56,231 nt of DNA, taken from NCBI GenBank assembly GCA_035298985.1, contig DATGXM010000358.1:1-56231 (forward strand). The letters run 5' to 3'. Of this stretch, positions 21,066 to 31,594 are shown piece after piece (the first letter of the stretch is position 1; every line of letters starts with the position of its first letter). Below the pieces are notes generated by a model that saw only the letters and a list, made by a program, of their open reading frames with translations, ran no database searches and was not told the DNA's origin. A program made the position numbers and the translations under genes. This stretch comes from Azonexus sp. Lineage in GTDB: Bacteria > Pseudomonadota > Gammaproteobacteria > Burkholderiales > Rhodocyclaceae.

Positions 21066-23699
21066 ATGAAACGCATGCTCTTCAATGCGACACAGGCGGA
21101 AGAACTCCGTGTCGCCATTGTCGATGGTCAAAAACTCATCGATCTCGACATTGAATCCGCCGCCAAGGAACAACGCAAAAGCAACATCTACAAGGGTGTC
21201 ATCACCCGGATCGAACCGTCCCTCGAAGCCTGCTTCGTCGATTACGGCGCTGATCGCCACGGCTTCCTGCCGTTCAAGGAAGTTTCCCGCGCCTATTTCC
21301 AGCCGGGCACCGAAGTTGGCCGCGCCAAGATCAACGAGGCCCTGAAAGAAGGCCAGGAACTGATCGTTCAGGTCGACAAGGACGAACGTGGCAACAAGGG
21401 CGCCGCCCTGACCACCTACGTCTCGCTGGCCGGCCGCTACCTGGTTCTGATGCCGAACAATCCGCGCGGCGGCGGCGTTTCCCGTCGCGTCGACGGTGAC
21501 GAACGCGCCGAGCTGCGCGAAGTCATGGATCAGCTCGAAGTGCCCAACGGCATGAGCCTGATCGCCCGCACTGCCGCTATCGGCCGCCAAGCCGAAGAAC
21601 TGCAGTGGGACTTGAACTATCTGCTGCAACTGTGGACCGCCATCGAAGGCGCCGCCCAGCAGCAGTCCGGCGCATTCCTGATTTACCTCGAAGGCAGCCT
21701 GGTCATTCGCGCTATCCGCGATTACTTCCAGCCGGATATTGGCGAAATCCTGATCGATACCGACGAGGTCTACGAGCAGGCCCGCGCCTTCATGGGCACG
21801 GTGATGCCGGGCAACGTCAATCGCGTCAAGCGTTACCGCGACGATGTGCCGTTGTTCTCGCGCTTCCAGATCGAACACCAGATCGAAACCGCCTTCGCCC
21901 GTCAGGTCAACCTGCCGTCGGGCGGCGCCATCGTCATCGACCACACCGAAGCGCTGGTCGCTGTCGACGTCAACTCCGGCCGCGCCACCAAGGGTTCCGA
22001 TATCGAGGAAACCGCGTTCAAGACCAACCTCGAAGCAGCCGAAGAACTGGCCCGCCAGTTGCGTCTGCGCGACCTGGGCGGCCTGATCGTGATCGACTTC
22101 ATCGACATGGAGAATTCCAAGAACCAGCGCGAAGTCGAAAACCGCCTGCGCGATGCACTGCGTTTCGACCGTGCCCGCGTCCAGATGGGCAAGATCAGCC
22201 GCTTCGGCCTGATGGAATTGTCGCGTCAGCGCCTGCGTCCGGCCTTGGCCGAAACCAGCTACATCCCCTGCCCGCGCTGCACCGGCACCGGCCACATCCG
22301 CTCCACCGAATCGGCTGCGCTGCATATCCTGCGCATCCTCGAAGAGGAAGCGATGAAGGAAAACACCGGCGCCGTGCATGTCCAGGTCCCGGTCGATGTC
22401 GCCACCTTCCTGCTCAACGAGAAGCGCCCGGACATCCAGGCCATCGAGATGCGCCACAAGGTCACCATCCTGCTCATCCCGAACGTCCATCTCGAAACGC
22501 CGGCACACACCATTACCCGCCTGCGCCACGACGACCTGAACCACGACGACTCGCGCGAACCGTCCTACAAGATGGTCGACATGCCGATCGAGGACGCGAT
22601 CAAGCAGGCAACCCAGCAGGAAGCTGCCAAGCCGCGCCAGGAAGCTGCCATCAAGGGCGTTTCGCCGGAACAACCGGCGCCGTTCGTTCCCGAAAAGATC
22701 GAGGCTCCCGCTGCTGCTCCTGTTGCCGAAAAACAGGAAGCCGGCCTTTTCTCGAAGATCTTCTCCTGGTTCCGCCCCGCTCCGCAGCCGGTGGAACCCG
22801 TTGTCGCACCGGAACCGGCCAAAAAGCCGCGTGAAGGCCGCTCGGAAAACCGTCGTGACCGCGATGGCCGCCGTGGCGGACGTAACGGCAACCGTCGCGA
22901 TGAAGAACGCGGTGAGCGTGGCGAACGCAAGGAGCGCGGCAACCGCAATGAACGCAATGCGGAAAAGCCGGCTCAGGAAGAGTCTGCTGCCAACACCGGA
23001 GAACGCCAGGAACGCCGCCCGCGTGGTGAGCGCAAGGAGCGCCGCGACCGCCAGCAACCGGAAGCCGTCGAAACCAAACTCGCCGCCGTGGCGACGGACG
23101 CTTCGGCAGTTGCCGCACCGACCAACGTTAACGAAACCCCGGAAGCCAACGGCAGCGAAGAGCAAGGCGGCCGCCGTCGTGGTCGTCGTGGTGGGCGTGG
23201 TCGCGGTGAGCGTCGCAACGAGGCAGAAGCTGCTGTAGCCACCGCTGTCGCCGCGGATGCTGCACCGTCGGCCGAAGCCATCGAAACGCTTGAAGTGAGC
23301 CAGGAGCCGGTTGTCGTGGTCATCCCGACGGTCGAGCCCGTGGCCGTTGTCGAGCAAGCAATCGTTGAAACCGTCATCGAGCCGGTAGCTGAAGTTGCCG
23401 CTCCGGTAGCTCCCGTCGAGCCGGTGATCTCCGCCGAGCCGCAAGTGATTGAGGCTGCTCCCGTCGAAGTGGTCGAGCCAGTTAAGGCCGAACCGGTTGC
23501 CCCGGTCGTCGTTGCCGAGCCGGTCAATATCGAGACAGCCTTGGCCGAAAGCGGCCTGGTGATGGTGCAAACGACCTCTACGCCGATTGCCGTTCCGCAA
23601 GTCGAGCCGCCGGTCAAGTTGGGACGTCCGCGCAAGCAGAACGCGCTGGCCGCTCAAACCGCCGACGAGCCGCTGGTCATGGTTGAAACGGCTAAGTAA
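21066..23699 (+). CDS. rne: Ribonuclease E
   Basis: [31 protein letters not shown] zinc link, amphipathic [10 protein letters not shown] membrane segment, Arg-rich and E/P/V/A-rich C-terminal scaffold. Confidence 0.98.
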   Translation: MKRMLFNATQAEELRVAIVDGQKLIDLDIESAAKEQRKSNIYKGVITRIEPSLEACFVDYGADRHGFLPFKEVSRAYFQPGTEVGRAKINEALKEGQELIVQVDKDERGNKGAALTTYVSLAGRYLVLMPNNPRGGGVSRRVDGDERAELREVMDQLEVPNGMSLIARTAAIGRQAEELQWDLNYLLQLWTAIEGAAQQQSGAFLIYLEGSLVIRAIRDYFQPDIGEILIDTDEVYEQARAFMGTVMPGNVNRVKRYRDDVPLFSRFQIEHQIETAFARQVNLPSGGAIVIDHTEALVAVDVNSGRATKGSDIEETAFKTNLEAAEELARQLRLRDLGGLIVIDFIDMENSKNQREVENRLRDALRFDRARVQMGKISRFGLMELSRQRLRPALAETSYIPCPRCTGTGHIRSTESAALHILRILEEEAMKENTGAVHVQVPVDVATFLLNEKRPDIQAIEMRHKVTILLIPNVHLETPAHTITRLRHDDLNHDDSREPSYKMVDMPIEDAIKQATQQEAAKPRQEAAIKGVSPEQPAPFVPEKIEAPAAAPVAEKQEAGLFSKIFSWFRPAPQPVEPVVAPEPAKKPREGRSENRRDRDGRRGGRNGNRRDEERGERGERKERGNRNERNAEKPAQEESAANTGERQERRPRGERKERRDRQQPEAVETKLAAVATDASAVAAPTNVNETPEANGSEEQGGRRRGRRGGRGRGERRNEAEAAVATAVAADAAPSAEAIETLEVSQEPVVVVIPTVEPVAVVEQAIVETVIEPVAEVAAPVAPVEPVISAEPQVIEAAPVEVVEPVKAEPVAPVVVAEPVNIETALAESGLVMVQTTSTPIAVPQVEPPVKLGRPRKQNALAAQTADEPLVMVETAK

Positions 23700-23718
23700 G
23701 CCACCAAACCTAGCCAGC

Positions 23719-23750
23719 AAAAAAAGGGAGGGCACTAATTGGTGCCCCTC
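23719..23750. terminator. rne/ptp intergenic hairpin, right side interrupted by the IS remnant
   Basis: A7-GGGAGGGCAC-TAATTG-GTGCCCCTC, then IS-like sequence instead of a T tract. Confidence 0.55.
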
Positions 23751-24243
23751 AGATTGCTGACAAAGCCTCCAGTCGTTTGGGGGCTTTGTTTTTTTATAAT
23801 GTCGGCATGCTCAAGCCAACCTATCCCAAACAGAACTGGAGATGGTGACGCTGGAACAGTTGGTCCCGAAGGACCACTTGCTCCGACTGCTCGACCAGCA
23901 CATCCGGTTTGATTTCACCCGCGAAGCGACCCAGCACCTGTACTGCGAGAACAATGGCCGACCGGCGATTGATCCGGTGGTGCTGTTCAAGATGCTGTTC
24001 ATCGGCTACCTGTTCGGGATTCGCTCCGAACGGCGACTGGTCAAGGAATTCCAAGTCAATGTCGCCTACCGCTGCCTGACGGACAAGGTGCGGGATGCCT
24101 CAACGCTGTCCAGAACCGTCGTCGCCGGTTTGTCGGCACGGACATCGAACAGCGCATCTTCGATGGCATTGTCGAGCAAGCCATTGAGCACAAGCTGATT
24201 GGCGGGCCTATGCTCTATACCGACAGCACCCACCTCAAGGCGA
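23751..24243 (+). mobile_element. Truncated, frameshifted IS1182-family element (left end plus 5' transposase remnant)
   Basis: End sequence GATTGCTGACAAAG. Transposase pieces across frames: MLKPTYPKQ / ELEMVTLEQLVPKDHLLR...GRPAIDPVVLFKMLFIGYLFGIRSERRL...VAYR / QNRRRRF...IFDGIVEQAI / TDSTHLKA; nothing further. Confidence 0.85.
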
Positions 24244-24252
24244 CCGCCGAAT

Positions 24253-24735
24253 TCAGCTTCGCCGCAATTTCTTCTTGATTTCGTCGATCAGGCCCAGAGA
24301 GGCATCCTCGACCATATCCAGCACCAGATCGAAGCCGTGGCCCAGGCCGTAATAGGGATCGGGCACTTCGTCATCATCGAAGTTCTTGGCGTAATCCATG
24401 AACAGCCCGATGCGTTGCTGTTGCTCCGGCGTTGCCATGCGCCTGAGGTTGTCTAGGTTGCTTTTGTCCATGGCGAGGATCAGGTCGAAGTAGTCGAGAT
24501 CCTGACGGGCAACCTTGCGCGCCCGCAACTGGGAGAGGTTATAGCCGCGCGCCGAAGCGGCGCGCTGGGTGCGCGAATCCGGCACCTCGCCGACGTGATA
24601 GCCGTGCGTACCCGCAGAATCAACTTCAACTTTATCGCCCAGATTATTGATTTTTATAAAATACCTGAGCACTCCCTCTGCGGTCGGGGAGCGACATATA
24701 TTACCCATGCAAACCAGGAGCACGCGGTAAGTCAT
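24253..24735 (-). CDS. Low-molecular-weight protein-tyrosine phosphatase
   Basis: [11 protein letters not shown]-loop, DSAGT, VPDPYY. Confidence 0.96.
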   Translation of the reverse strand: MTYRVLLVCMGNICRSPTAEGVLRYFIKINNLGDKVEVDSAGTHGYHVGEVPDSRTQRAASARGYNLSQLRARKVARQDLDYFDLILAMDKSNLDNLRRMATPEQQQRIGLFMDYAKNFDDDEVPDPYYGLGHGFDLVLDMVEDASLGLIDEIKKKLRRS

Positions 24736-26804
24736 TTTTTCTCATCTCCGTCCGGATCGTGTCGAGCCGCACCGAATACACGCTCCCTGAGCAGGAACAA
24801 TTCGTCGCGGGCCGCCGCCGCTTTTTCGAATTCCAGGTTTTTCGCGCACTCCAGCATCTGTTTTTCGAGCCGCTTGATCTCCCTGGCCACTGTCTTTTCA
24901 TCCATAGCCTCATAGGCCGCCTGCTGCTGGGCTGCTTTCAGCTCGCTCTGGACCGCGGCAGTATCGTAGACGCCATCGATGATGTCCTTGATCTTCTTCG
25001 ATACCCCGCGCGGCGTGATGCCGTGTTCCAGATTGAAGCTGATCTGCTTTTCCCGCCGGCGCCCTGTTTCGGCAATGGCACGCTGCATGGATTGCGTTAC
25101 TTTATCAGCATAGAGGATCGCTGTGCCATGGATATGGCGTGCGGCGCGGCCAATGGTCTGGATCAGCGAGCGTTCGGAGCGCAAGAAGCCCTCCTTGTCG
25201 GCATCGAGGATGGCGACCAGCGAAACCTCCGGAATGTCCAGGCCTTCGCGCAACAGGTTGATGCCGACCAGCACATCGAATTCGCCGAGCCGGAGATCGC
25301 GGATGATCTCGACCCGCTCGACGGTATCGATGTCCGAATGCAGGTAACGCACCTTGATGCCGTTATCCGACAGGAAGTCCGTTAAATCCTCGGCCATGCG
25401 CTTAGTGAGCGTGGTAACCAGGACGCGCTCGCCGAGTGCGACGCGCTTGCCGATTTCGACGAGCAAGTCATCGACCTGCGTCGATGCCGGCCGGACGACG
25501 ACCTCCGGGTCAATCAGCCCGGTCGGCCGCACCACCTGCTCAACAACCTGCCCGGCATGTTGCTGCTCGTAGTCGGCGGGCGTGGCCGAGACGAATACGG
25601 TCTGCCGCATGTGGGCTTCGAATTCGTTGAACTGCAGCGGCCGGTTGTCGAGCGCCGACGGCAGGCGAAAACCGTAATCGACCAGATTTTCCTTACGCGA
25701 ACGGTCGCCCTTGAACATGCCGCCGACTTGCCCGATGGAGACATGGGATTCGTCGATGAACATCAAGGCATCCGGCGGCAGGTAATCGATCAGTGTCGGT
25801 GGCGGCTCCCCTGCCTTGCGCCCGGAAAAATGGCGCGAGTAGTTTTCGATGCCCTTGCAGAAGCCAATCTGCTCCAGCATTTCGAGGTCGAACTTGGTGC
25901 GTTGCTCGATGCGCTGCGCTTCGACCAGACGGTTGTTTGCGGAAAACCAGGTAATCCGGTCGCGCAGTTCGTCCTTGATCGTCTCGACCGCACGCAGCAC
26001 GGTCGCCCGTGGCGTCACGTAATGCGATGCGGGAAACACCGTGAAACGTAGCGCCTTGTGCAGGAGGTGTCCGGTCAGCGGATCGAAGAACTGCAAGCCG
26101 TCGATCTCGTCGTCGAACAGCGAAATCCGGATCGCATGCTCGGCATGTTCGGCCGGAAAGACGTCGATGATGTCGCCGCGCACACGGAAAGTTCCACGAT
26201 GGAAATCCATTTCGTTGCGCTCGTACTGCATGTCGGTCAGACGCTTGACGATGGCCCGCTGATCCAGTTTGTCCCCCACACGCATGGTCAGGATCATGTT
26301 GTGGTATTCGTCGCGGTCGCCAATACCGTAGATGCACGACACGGTGGCGACGATCACCACGTCGCGGCGCTCAATCAGGCTTTTGGTTGCCGACAGCCGC
26401 ATCTGCTCGATATGGTCGTTGATCGAGCTGTCCTTCTCGATGAACAGGTCGCGCTGCGGGACGTACGCCTCCGGCTGGTAGTAGTCGTAGTACGAAACGA
26501 AATACTCGACGGCGTTTTCGGGAAAGAATTCCCTGAACTCCGAATACAACTGCGCGGCCAGCGTCTTGTTCGGCGCCAGCACCAGGGCCGGGCGCCCGGT
26601 GCGAGCAATGACGTTGGCCATGGTGTAGGTCTTGCCCGAGCCGGTCACGCCGAGCAAGGTCTGGAATGACAGACCATCGTCGATGCCCTCCACCAACAGG
26701 CGAATGGCCTCGGGCTGATCGCCGGCCGGAGGGAACGGTTGATGCAATCGATAGGGGCTGTTTTCGAAGGTAACAACCGGCGTGGAGGTGTTGGTTTCGG
26801 TCAT
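24732..26804 (-). CDS. uvrB: Excinuclease ABC subunit B
   Basis: [23 protein letters not shown]-terminal UVR coiled coil; ATG at 26804. Confidence 0.98.
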   Translation of the reverse strand: MTETNTSTPVVTFENSPYRLHQPFPPAGDQPEAIRLLVEGIDDGLSFQTLLGVTGSGKTYTMANVIARTGRPALVLAPNKTLAAQLYSEFREFFPENAVEYFVSYYDYYQPEAYVPQRDLFIEKDSSINDHIEQMRLSATKSLIERRDVVIVATVSCIYGIGDRDEYHNMILTMRVGDKLDQRAIVKRLTDMQYERNEMDFHRGTFRVRGDIIDVFPAEHAEHAIRISLFDDEIDGLQFFDPLTGHLLHKALRFTVFPASHYVTPRATVLRAVETIKDELRDRITWFSANNRLVEAQRIEQRTKFDLEMLEQIGFCKGIENYSRHFSGRKAGEPPPTLIDYLPPDALMFIDESHVSIGQVGGMFKGDRSRKENLVDYGFRLPSALDNRPLQFNEFEAHMRQTVFVSATPADYEQQHAGQVVEQVVRPTGLIDPEVVVRPASTQVDDLLVEIGKRVALGERVLVTTLTKRMAEDLTDFLSDNGIKVRYLHSDIDTVERVEIIRDLRLGEFDVLVGINLLREGLDIPEVSLVAILDADKEGFLRSERSLIQTIGRAARHIHGTAILYADKVTQSMQRAIAETGRRREKQISFNLEHGITPRGVSKKIKDIIDGVYDTAAVQSELKAAQQQAAYEAMDEKTVAREIKRLEKQMLECAKNLEFEKAAAARDELFLLRERVFGAARHDPDGDEKK

Positions 26805-26880
26805 GCTAAAATTCTTCGGTTTTCTCTCGCGCGGCAAGCACGCCGCGTGATCATCACTCGTATTATTCCACGGAGTCCTT

Positions 26881-28089
26881 ATGTCCTCTTCGATCTTCGC
26901 TGCGGTGGAAATGGCCCCGCGCGATCCTATCCTCGGTCTGAACGAAGCCTTCAATGCCGATGCGCGCACCACCAAGGTTAACCTGGGCGTTGGCGTGTAC
27001 TTCGACGACAATGGCAAGATTCCGCTGCTGGGTGCCGTCAAGGCCGCCGAGGAAACCCGCGTCAAGGCTGGCCTGCCGCGCGGTTACCAGCCGATCGAAG
27101 GCAACCCAGCCTACAACAGCGCCGTCCAGCAACTCCTGCTCGGCAAGGATTCTGCCCTGATCGCCAATGGCCAGGTTATTACCGCGCAAGCCCTCGGCGG
27201 CACCGGCGCCCTGAAGATCGGTGCCGACTACCTGAAGCGCCTGAACCCGAACGCCAAGGTTTATATCAGCGACCCGTCCTGGGAAAACCACCGTGCGCTG
27301 TTCGAATCCGCCGGTTTCGTCGTTGAAAACTATCCGTACTACGATGCCGCCACCCGTGGCGTTAACTTCGACGGCATGAAGGCCTGCCTGAAGGGCCTCG
27401 AAGCTGGTTCGGTCATTGTCCTGCACGCTTGCTGCCACAACCCGACCGGCGCCGACCTGAGCGACGCCCAATGGGGTGAAGTCGTCGCCATCTGCCAGGA
27501 ACGCGGCTTAGTGCCCTTCCTCGACATGGCCTACCAGGGCTTTGCCGACGGTATCGAAGCCGACGCCGTTGCCGTTCGCGCCTTCTCGGCTTCCGGCCTG
27601 CAGTTCTTCGCCTCCAGCTCATTCTCCAAGAACTTCTCGCTGTACGGCGAGCGTGTCGGCGCCCTGTCCATCGTCACCGCCGGCAAGGACGAATCGGCTC
27701 GCGTCCTGTCGCAGGTCAAGCGCGTCATCCGCACCAACTATTCCAACCCGCCGACCCACGGCGGCGCCCTGGTGGCCGGCGTTCTCGCCTCGGCCGAACT
27801 GCGTGCCCAGTGGGAAGCCGAACTGGCCGGCATGCGTGATCGCATCCGCGCCATGCGCACCGGTCTGGTCGATGCCATCAAGGCCACCGGCTGCGCCCAG
27901 GACTTCTCCTTCGTTGCCCAGCAGCGTGGCATGTTCTCCTACACCGGCCTGAGCGCTGCTCAAGTCGAACGCATGCGCGAAGAGTTCGGTATCTACGCCG
28001 TATCGACCGGCCGCATCTGCCTGGCTGCACTGAACACCAAGAACCTGGACTACGTCGCCAAGGCGATTGCAGCGGTCACCAAGGCCTGA
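26881..28089 (+). CDS. tyrB: Aromatic amino acid/aspartate aminotransferase
   Basis: [34 protein letters not shown]; divergent from uvrB. Confidence 0.93.
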   Translation: MSSSIFAAVEMAPRDPILGLNEAFNADARTTKVNLGVGVYFDDNGKIPLLGAVKAAEETRVKAGLPRGYQPIEGNPAYNSAVQQLLLGKDSALIANGQVITAQALGGTGALKIGADYLKRLNPNAKVYISDPSWENHRALFESAGFVVENYPYYDAATRGVNFDGMKACLKGLEAGSVIVLHACCHNPTGADLSDAQWGEVVAICQERGLVPFLDMAYQGFADGIEADAVAVRAFSASGLQFFASSSFSKNFSLYGERVGALSIVTAGKDESARVLSQVKRVIRTNYSNPPTHGGALVAGVLASAELRAQWEAELAGMRDRIRAMRTGLVDAIKATGCAQDFSFVAQQRGMFSYTGLSAAQVERMREEFGIYAVSTGRICLAALNTKNLDYVAKAIAAVTKA

Positions 28090-28109
28090 ATCGGTAAATA
28101 ACGGCAGGA

Positions 28110-28143
28110 TAAAAATGGCGGAACTTCGGTTCTGCCATTTTTA
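28110..28143. terminator. Bidirectional intrinsic terminator between tyrB and vgrG
   Basis: TAAAAATGGCGGAAC-TTCG-GTTCTGCCATTTTTA, with a C(UUCG)G tetraloop and A/T flanks. Confidence 0.85.
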
Positions 28144-28146
28144 TTT

Positions 28147-31077
28147 CTACCGGAAATTTTCAGTTAAGACTGGTACGAAAACCGGCCCTGCCTCAATATC
28201 CGTAAAAATTCTGTCAGTCATGCCAGCATCGTTTGTAGTCCCGCTTGTGATGAAAGCACCTTGGGCATCGAATACTTGGTAGGGAAGCCCTTCGGAAGAG
28301 AATCCAGTAATCTCGTTTCCAACGAGATGTGATAAATCTAGTTGCTGGCTGTAGTAGCTACTTTTGTTCGGTGTAATCTGCAACTCACTTTTGGGGAAAC
28401 TGGGACTTGTAACCGAATTGCTCACCGGCCCCGTCCAATCCTTCTTGCTCGCCTTGAACTCAACCTTCTTCGGCGCATGCAGTTCGATATTCCCGCCCTC
28501 AATCTTCAGATAGGCCCCTTGGGCCGTGGCGAGGAGCTTCTGTTTGGCACTGGCCGTCAGCTTGCCGGTGGTGCTGGCGAAGGTAACTTTTTTATCCGCC
28601 GCAGCCATCGTCTTGCCGCTCTGGCTTTGCAGGCTGATTTGCCCGCTGGCGGCATGCAGGTGGATGCCGGTTTCGATGTTGGGTTTTTGTTTGTTGTTGG
28701 CCTTGCCGACCGTGAAGAGCGCGAGGCCGTCCTTGACGGCCAGGCTGTGGTTGCCCTGGGCGATGAGGTTGGTGTCGTGTCCGGTGGAGATAGTGAGATT
28801 CTTGCCGGCGGCGAGGATGTGGTTTTGCGGGGTGAGCTGGGCGATGCCGGCCGGGGCGGCGAACTGGAGTCGAGGTTCAGACCAGGCGGGTACGGTTCCG
28901 CTGCCGCCCAGGGTGACCTTGATGTCGCCACCGCTGCCCTGTCCTGTACTTTGGCGGGCGGTGGCGCTCATGATGGTTTCGGCTTGTTGCCAGGCTTCGG
29001 TGACCGGGAGCTTGTCGGCTGTGGGGTCGCCCTTCAAGGCGGCGTTCTGTTTGGCGGCGACTTCGGCCAGGCTTTGGGTGAGGCTTCGGGCGTCCTGGGT
29101 TTGGGCGATGGGTTCGCGGCTGTCGAGATGCGTGCTGCTGGCATTGGGGCGGGTGTCGGCGCTGAGCAGCAATCCGTTGCCGGCACGCAGGGCCAGGCTG
29201 GCTTGGGTCTTGAGTTCGGCGCCGTGGCCGCGGTCGGCTTGCCGGGCGTTGTCGGTTTGTTGTTTGAGGTGGCCGAGTTGCAGGGCGCTGCGGTATTCGG
29301 TGGTGCCCAGTTCGATGCGGCTTTCGCCAGGGGTGTCGTCGAAGACGAGTTGGTTGTAGCCACCTTGCCCGGTTTTGCTGGTGGTGAGTTGTTGGGTCTT
29401 GAGGCCGGAGAGGCTGGCGTTGTGGGTGTGGGCGGTTTCTTCCCGGCCGGCGAAGAAGGCCGGGGCATTGGCGCTGGCTTGCATGGTGCCGCCACCGAGC
29501 TGGTTGCCCTGGGCGTCGGTTTGGCCGCTGCCGTTGTAGGCGGTGCCGACGATGAGGGGACGGTCGATGTTGCCGTTCTGGAAGGCGACGAGGACTTCCT
29601 GGCCTGGCCGGGGGACGAGGTGGCCGCCCCAGTTGGCGCCGGCGACAGGGGTCATGACGCGCAGCCAGACGCCGAGGCTGTGGTTGGCCGGGGCGTTGTT
29701 CGATGCGCTGGGGGGGTCGTGGCGGCCACCGGCTTCGGCGCCGCGTTGCCAGGGGAACTGGACACGGACGCGACCGTCGCGGTCGGTGTGGGTGGGAGTG
29801 CCGTTGCCGACGACGATGGCGGTGAGCATGCCGGTGGCGGTGGGGCGGGGATGGATGTTGCGCCCATGGGCATCGCTCATCAGCGGTTTCCACGGGATGG
29901 CGGCGCGGAGGGTCGTCAGGGTGTTGCGGTAGAAGTCGACGTCCGGTGTCGGAGTGGATTGCCCGGGGAAGAGGTGGTCCAGGGCGTTGCGCGCTTCGTG
30001 GCTGACCGCGACGATCAGGAATTGTCGTTGCTCCAGCGCATCAAGATCGTGCTCAGGATGATCGGCCAGGGTGAAGGTGGTGCCGGGGGCTGCGCTGCGC
30101 ACGGTGCCTTGCCCGGTGTATTGCTTCAGGCGGGCATCGATGGCCTGGCGCTGGTTGGTGAGCATGCGTTCGCCATGGGCGCTGTTTTGCCAAGCGTATT
30201 GGCCGGGGTCGTGCCAGGCGACGGTTTTGAGGGCATGGCCTTGATCGATGGCACTGACTGCGCCTTGTGGGCGGGTCGAGAGGCTGCGGTAATCCCAACT
30301 GCTGGCGTTGGTTTCGACGGTGTCGAGCTGGCGCAGGCCATGCCAGCGGTCCAGGCTGTCTTCCGATAGGGTGGCACCGGCCTGGGTGTAGCGAATGCGG
30401 GCTTGGCTATTCGGGGTGAAGGCTTGATTGTTGTCGGCAATGACCAGGGTGTGCTTACCCAAGGTGTCGCTTTCTTCGGCACGGTGTTCGAACCAGCAGA
30501 ACAGCCCTTCTTCGGACAGCAGGCGTTTGAGGAAGCCTAGATCGCTTTCGCGGTATTGCACGGTCATGCCGCGCTTGGGGTAGACCGCCGGGTCGGTGAG
30601 TCGCCATTGCCAGTCGGGCACCAGCTTGCCTTGGCCTTTCCAGTCGGAGAGGAGTTCGTCAACGATCTCGATGACGCTTTTGTCCTGGAACAGGTAGTTG
30701 TCTTGCGTCTGGCCGAGGAAAGCCAGCCAGGGCTCGATGATCAGCCGGTAGCGGGCGAACCCGCCGTTGGAGCCTTCTCGCGCAATGTGGGTGATGTGGC
30801 CATGGAAGGGGCGGCGGATATGCCTTGATGCGGCTGTTTGCAAGTCCAGGCGCGCCGGCTGGCCAAGCAAGGCGGTGAGCGACTGTTCGGCGTTGGTCGA
30901 TAGAACGGTCAGTTCGATGCGGTAACCGGCGTGTTCGGTGACTGGGCCGAGCGCTTCGTCGATGCGGGCGGTTTCGGCCAACAGGGCGTTGGGGCCGGCC
31001 GGGGTGATCAGCGTCAGCAGGCGGTCGGTCTGGTGCCAACCGGCGCCGCCGGTAATCATGTCGAAGATTGAGTTCAT
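28147..31077 (-). CDS. vgrG: T6SS spike protein VgrG with DUF2345-type extension, possibly 3'-truncated
   Basis: VQYRESDLGFLKRLLSEEGL, DRDGRVRVQFPWQ, PRPGQEVLVAFQNGNIDRP, YNQLVFDDTPG, GAYLKIEGGNIELHAP; ATG at 31077. Confidence 0.95.
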   Translation of the reverse strand: MNSIFDMITGGAGWHQTDRLLTLITPAGPNALLAETARIDEALGPVTEHAGYRIELTVLSTNAEQSLTALLGQPARLDLQTAASRHIRRPFHGHITHIAREGSNGGFARYRLIIEPWLAFLGQTQDNYLFQDKSVIEIVDELLSDWKGQGKLVPDWQWRLTDPAVYPKRGMTVQYRESDLGFLKRLLSEEGLFCWFEHRAEESDTLGKHTLVIADNNQAFTPNSQARIRYTQAGATLSEDSLDRWHGLRQLDTVETNASSWDYRSLSTRPQGAVSAIDQGHALKTVAWHDPGQYAWQNSAHGERMLTNQRQAIDARLKQYTGQGTVRSAAPGTTFTLADHPEHDLDALEQRQFLIVAVSHEARNALDHLFPGQSTPTPDVDFYRNTLTTLRAAIPWKPLMSDAHGRNIHPRPTATGMLTAIVVGNGTPTHTDRDGRVRVQFPWQRGAEAGGRHDPPSASNNAPANHSLGVWLRVMTPVAGANWGGHLVPRPGQEVLVAFQNGNIDRPLIVGTAYNGSGQTDAQGNQLGGGTMQASANAPAFFAGREETAHTHNASLSGLKTQQLTTSKTGQGGYNQLVFDDTPGESRIELGTTEYRSALQLGHLKQQTDNARQADRGHGAELKTQASLALRAGNGLLLSADTRPNASSTHLDSREPIAQTQDARSLTQSLAEVAAKQNAALKGDPTADKLPVTEAWQQAETIMSATARQSTGQGSGGDIKVTLGGSGTVPAWSEPRLQFAAPAGIAQLTPQNHILAAGKNLTISTGHDTNLIAQGNHSLAVKDGLALFTVGKANNKQKPNIETGIHLHAASGQISLQSQSGKTMAAADKKVTFASTTGKLTASAKQKLLATAQGAYLKIEGGNIELHAPKKVEFKASKKDWTGPVSNSVTSPSFPKSELQITPNKSSYYSQQLDLSHLVGNEITGFSSEGLPYQVFDAQGAFITSGTTNDAGMTDRIFTDIEAGPVFVPVLTENFR

Positions 31078-31114
31078 GGTTTTTGCCGAATTCGAATGTG
31101 GCCGGGGCGGTGGC

Positions 31115-31579
31115 TTAGTGGAGTTCCCAGAAGCGAACTTCGAGCGGATGCTTGGTCTCCGCCACACAGCACAAGGCATTGGCGTTGCGCCCATCGAGCA
31201 GTCCGATCAGGCCACCTTGCGGCCCGCTGCCCTGGATGAAGGCGACAATGCCGCGCCGGCCAAACAGGTGATAGGCGACTTCGCCAAGGCCTTGTTCGAG
31301 GGAGATGATTTCCGGAGTGGCGAAGCGCTCGCTCAGCCAATCGGCCAGCCGGTTGGCGCCGTTGAAAACCCGCGCTCCGGCGAGCGGTCCGGCGGAAATG
31401 CGTTGCGATCCGGGTAGCGGAACGCCGAGCGACAGCAGTGCGAAGCTGGTCAGCAGGGCGCCGTTGCCGAGCCGGGCGGATTGCACGTCGCTGCCCAGTT
31501 CGGCCAGTAGCCGGGTACCGCCGGCTTCTGCGTAGCGGCGCCAGGCGTTGGCAAAATTGGCGTAGCTCAAATTGAACAT
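31115..31579 (-). CDS. Tae4-like (T6SS amidase effector fold) protein lacking the catalytic residues
   Basis: AGGGG RBS; co-oriented between tssH and vgrG; motifs ISAGPLAG, RLADWL..PE, GRRGIVAF and EVRFWEL resemble the Tae4 family by eye. The CDS is well supported, the family call is inference. Confidence 0.65.
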   Translation of the reverse strand: MFNLSYANFANAWRRYAEAGGTRLLAELGSDVQSARLGNGALLTSFALLSLGVPLPGSQRISAGPLAGARVFNGANRLADWLSERFATPEIISLEQGLGEVAYHLFGRRGIVAFIQGSGPQGGLIGLLDGRNANALCCVAETKHPLEVRFWELH

Positions 31580-31594
31580 GTCGTTCCCCTGCGC

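Noticed and set aside
23220-23530. Quasi-repeats (GTCGAGCC / VEPV-like units) in rne
   Set aside because: Low-complexity coding sequence of the disordered scaffold; no fixed repeat-spacer period, so not CRISPR or a true tandem repeat
20916-23735. 939-aa ORF antisense to rne
   Set aside because: Shadow frame of a GC-rich, codon-biased gene; no recognisable motifs; fully overlaps a confident CDS
26805-26880. LexA (SOS) box upstream of uvrB
   Set aside because: No CTGT-N8-ACAG motif found in the 76-bp spacer
28342-30369. 675-aa plus-strand ORF (and nested ORFs) antisense to vgrG
   Set aside because: G/V/A-rich mirror translation caused by vgrG codon skew; not a credible effector or immunity gene
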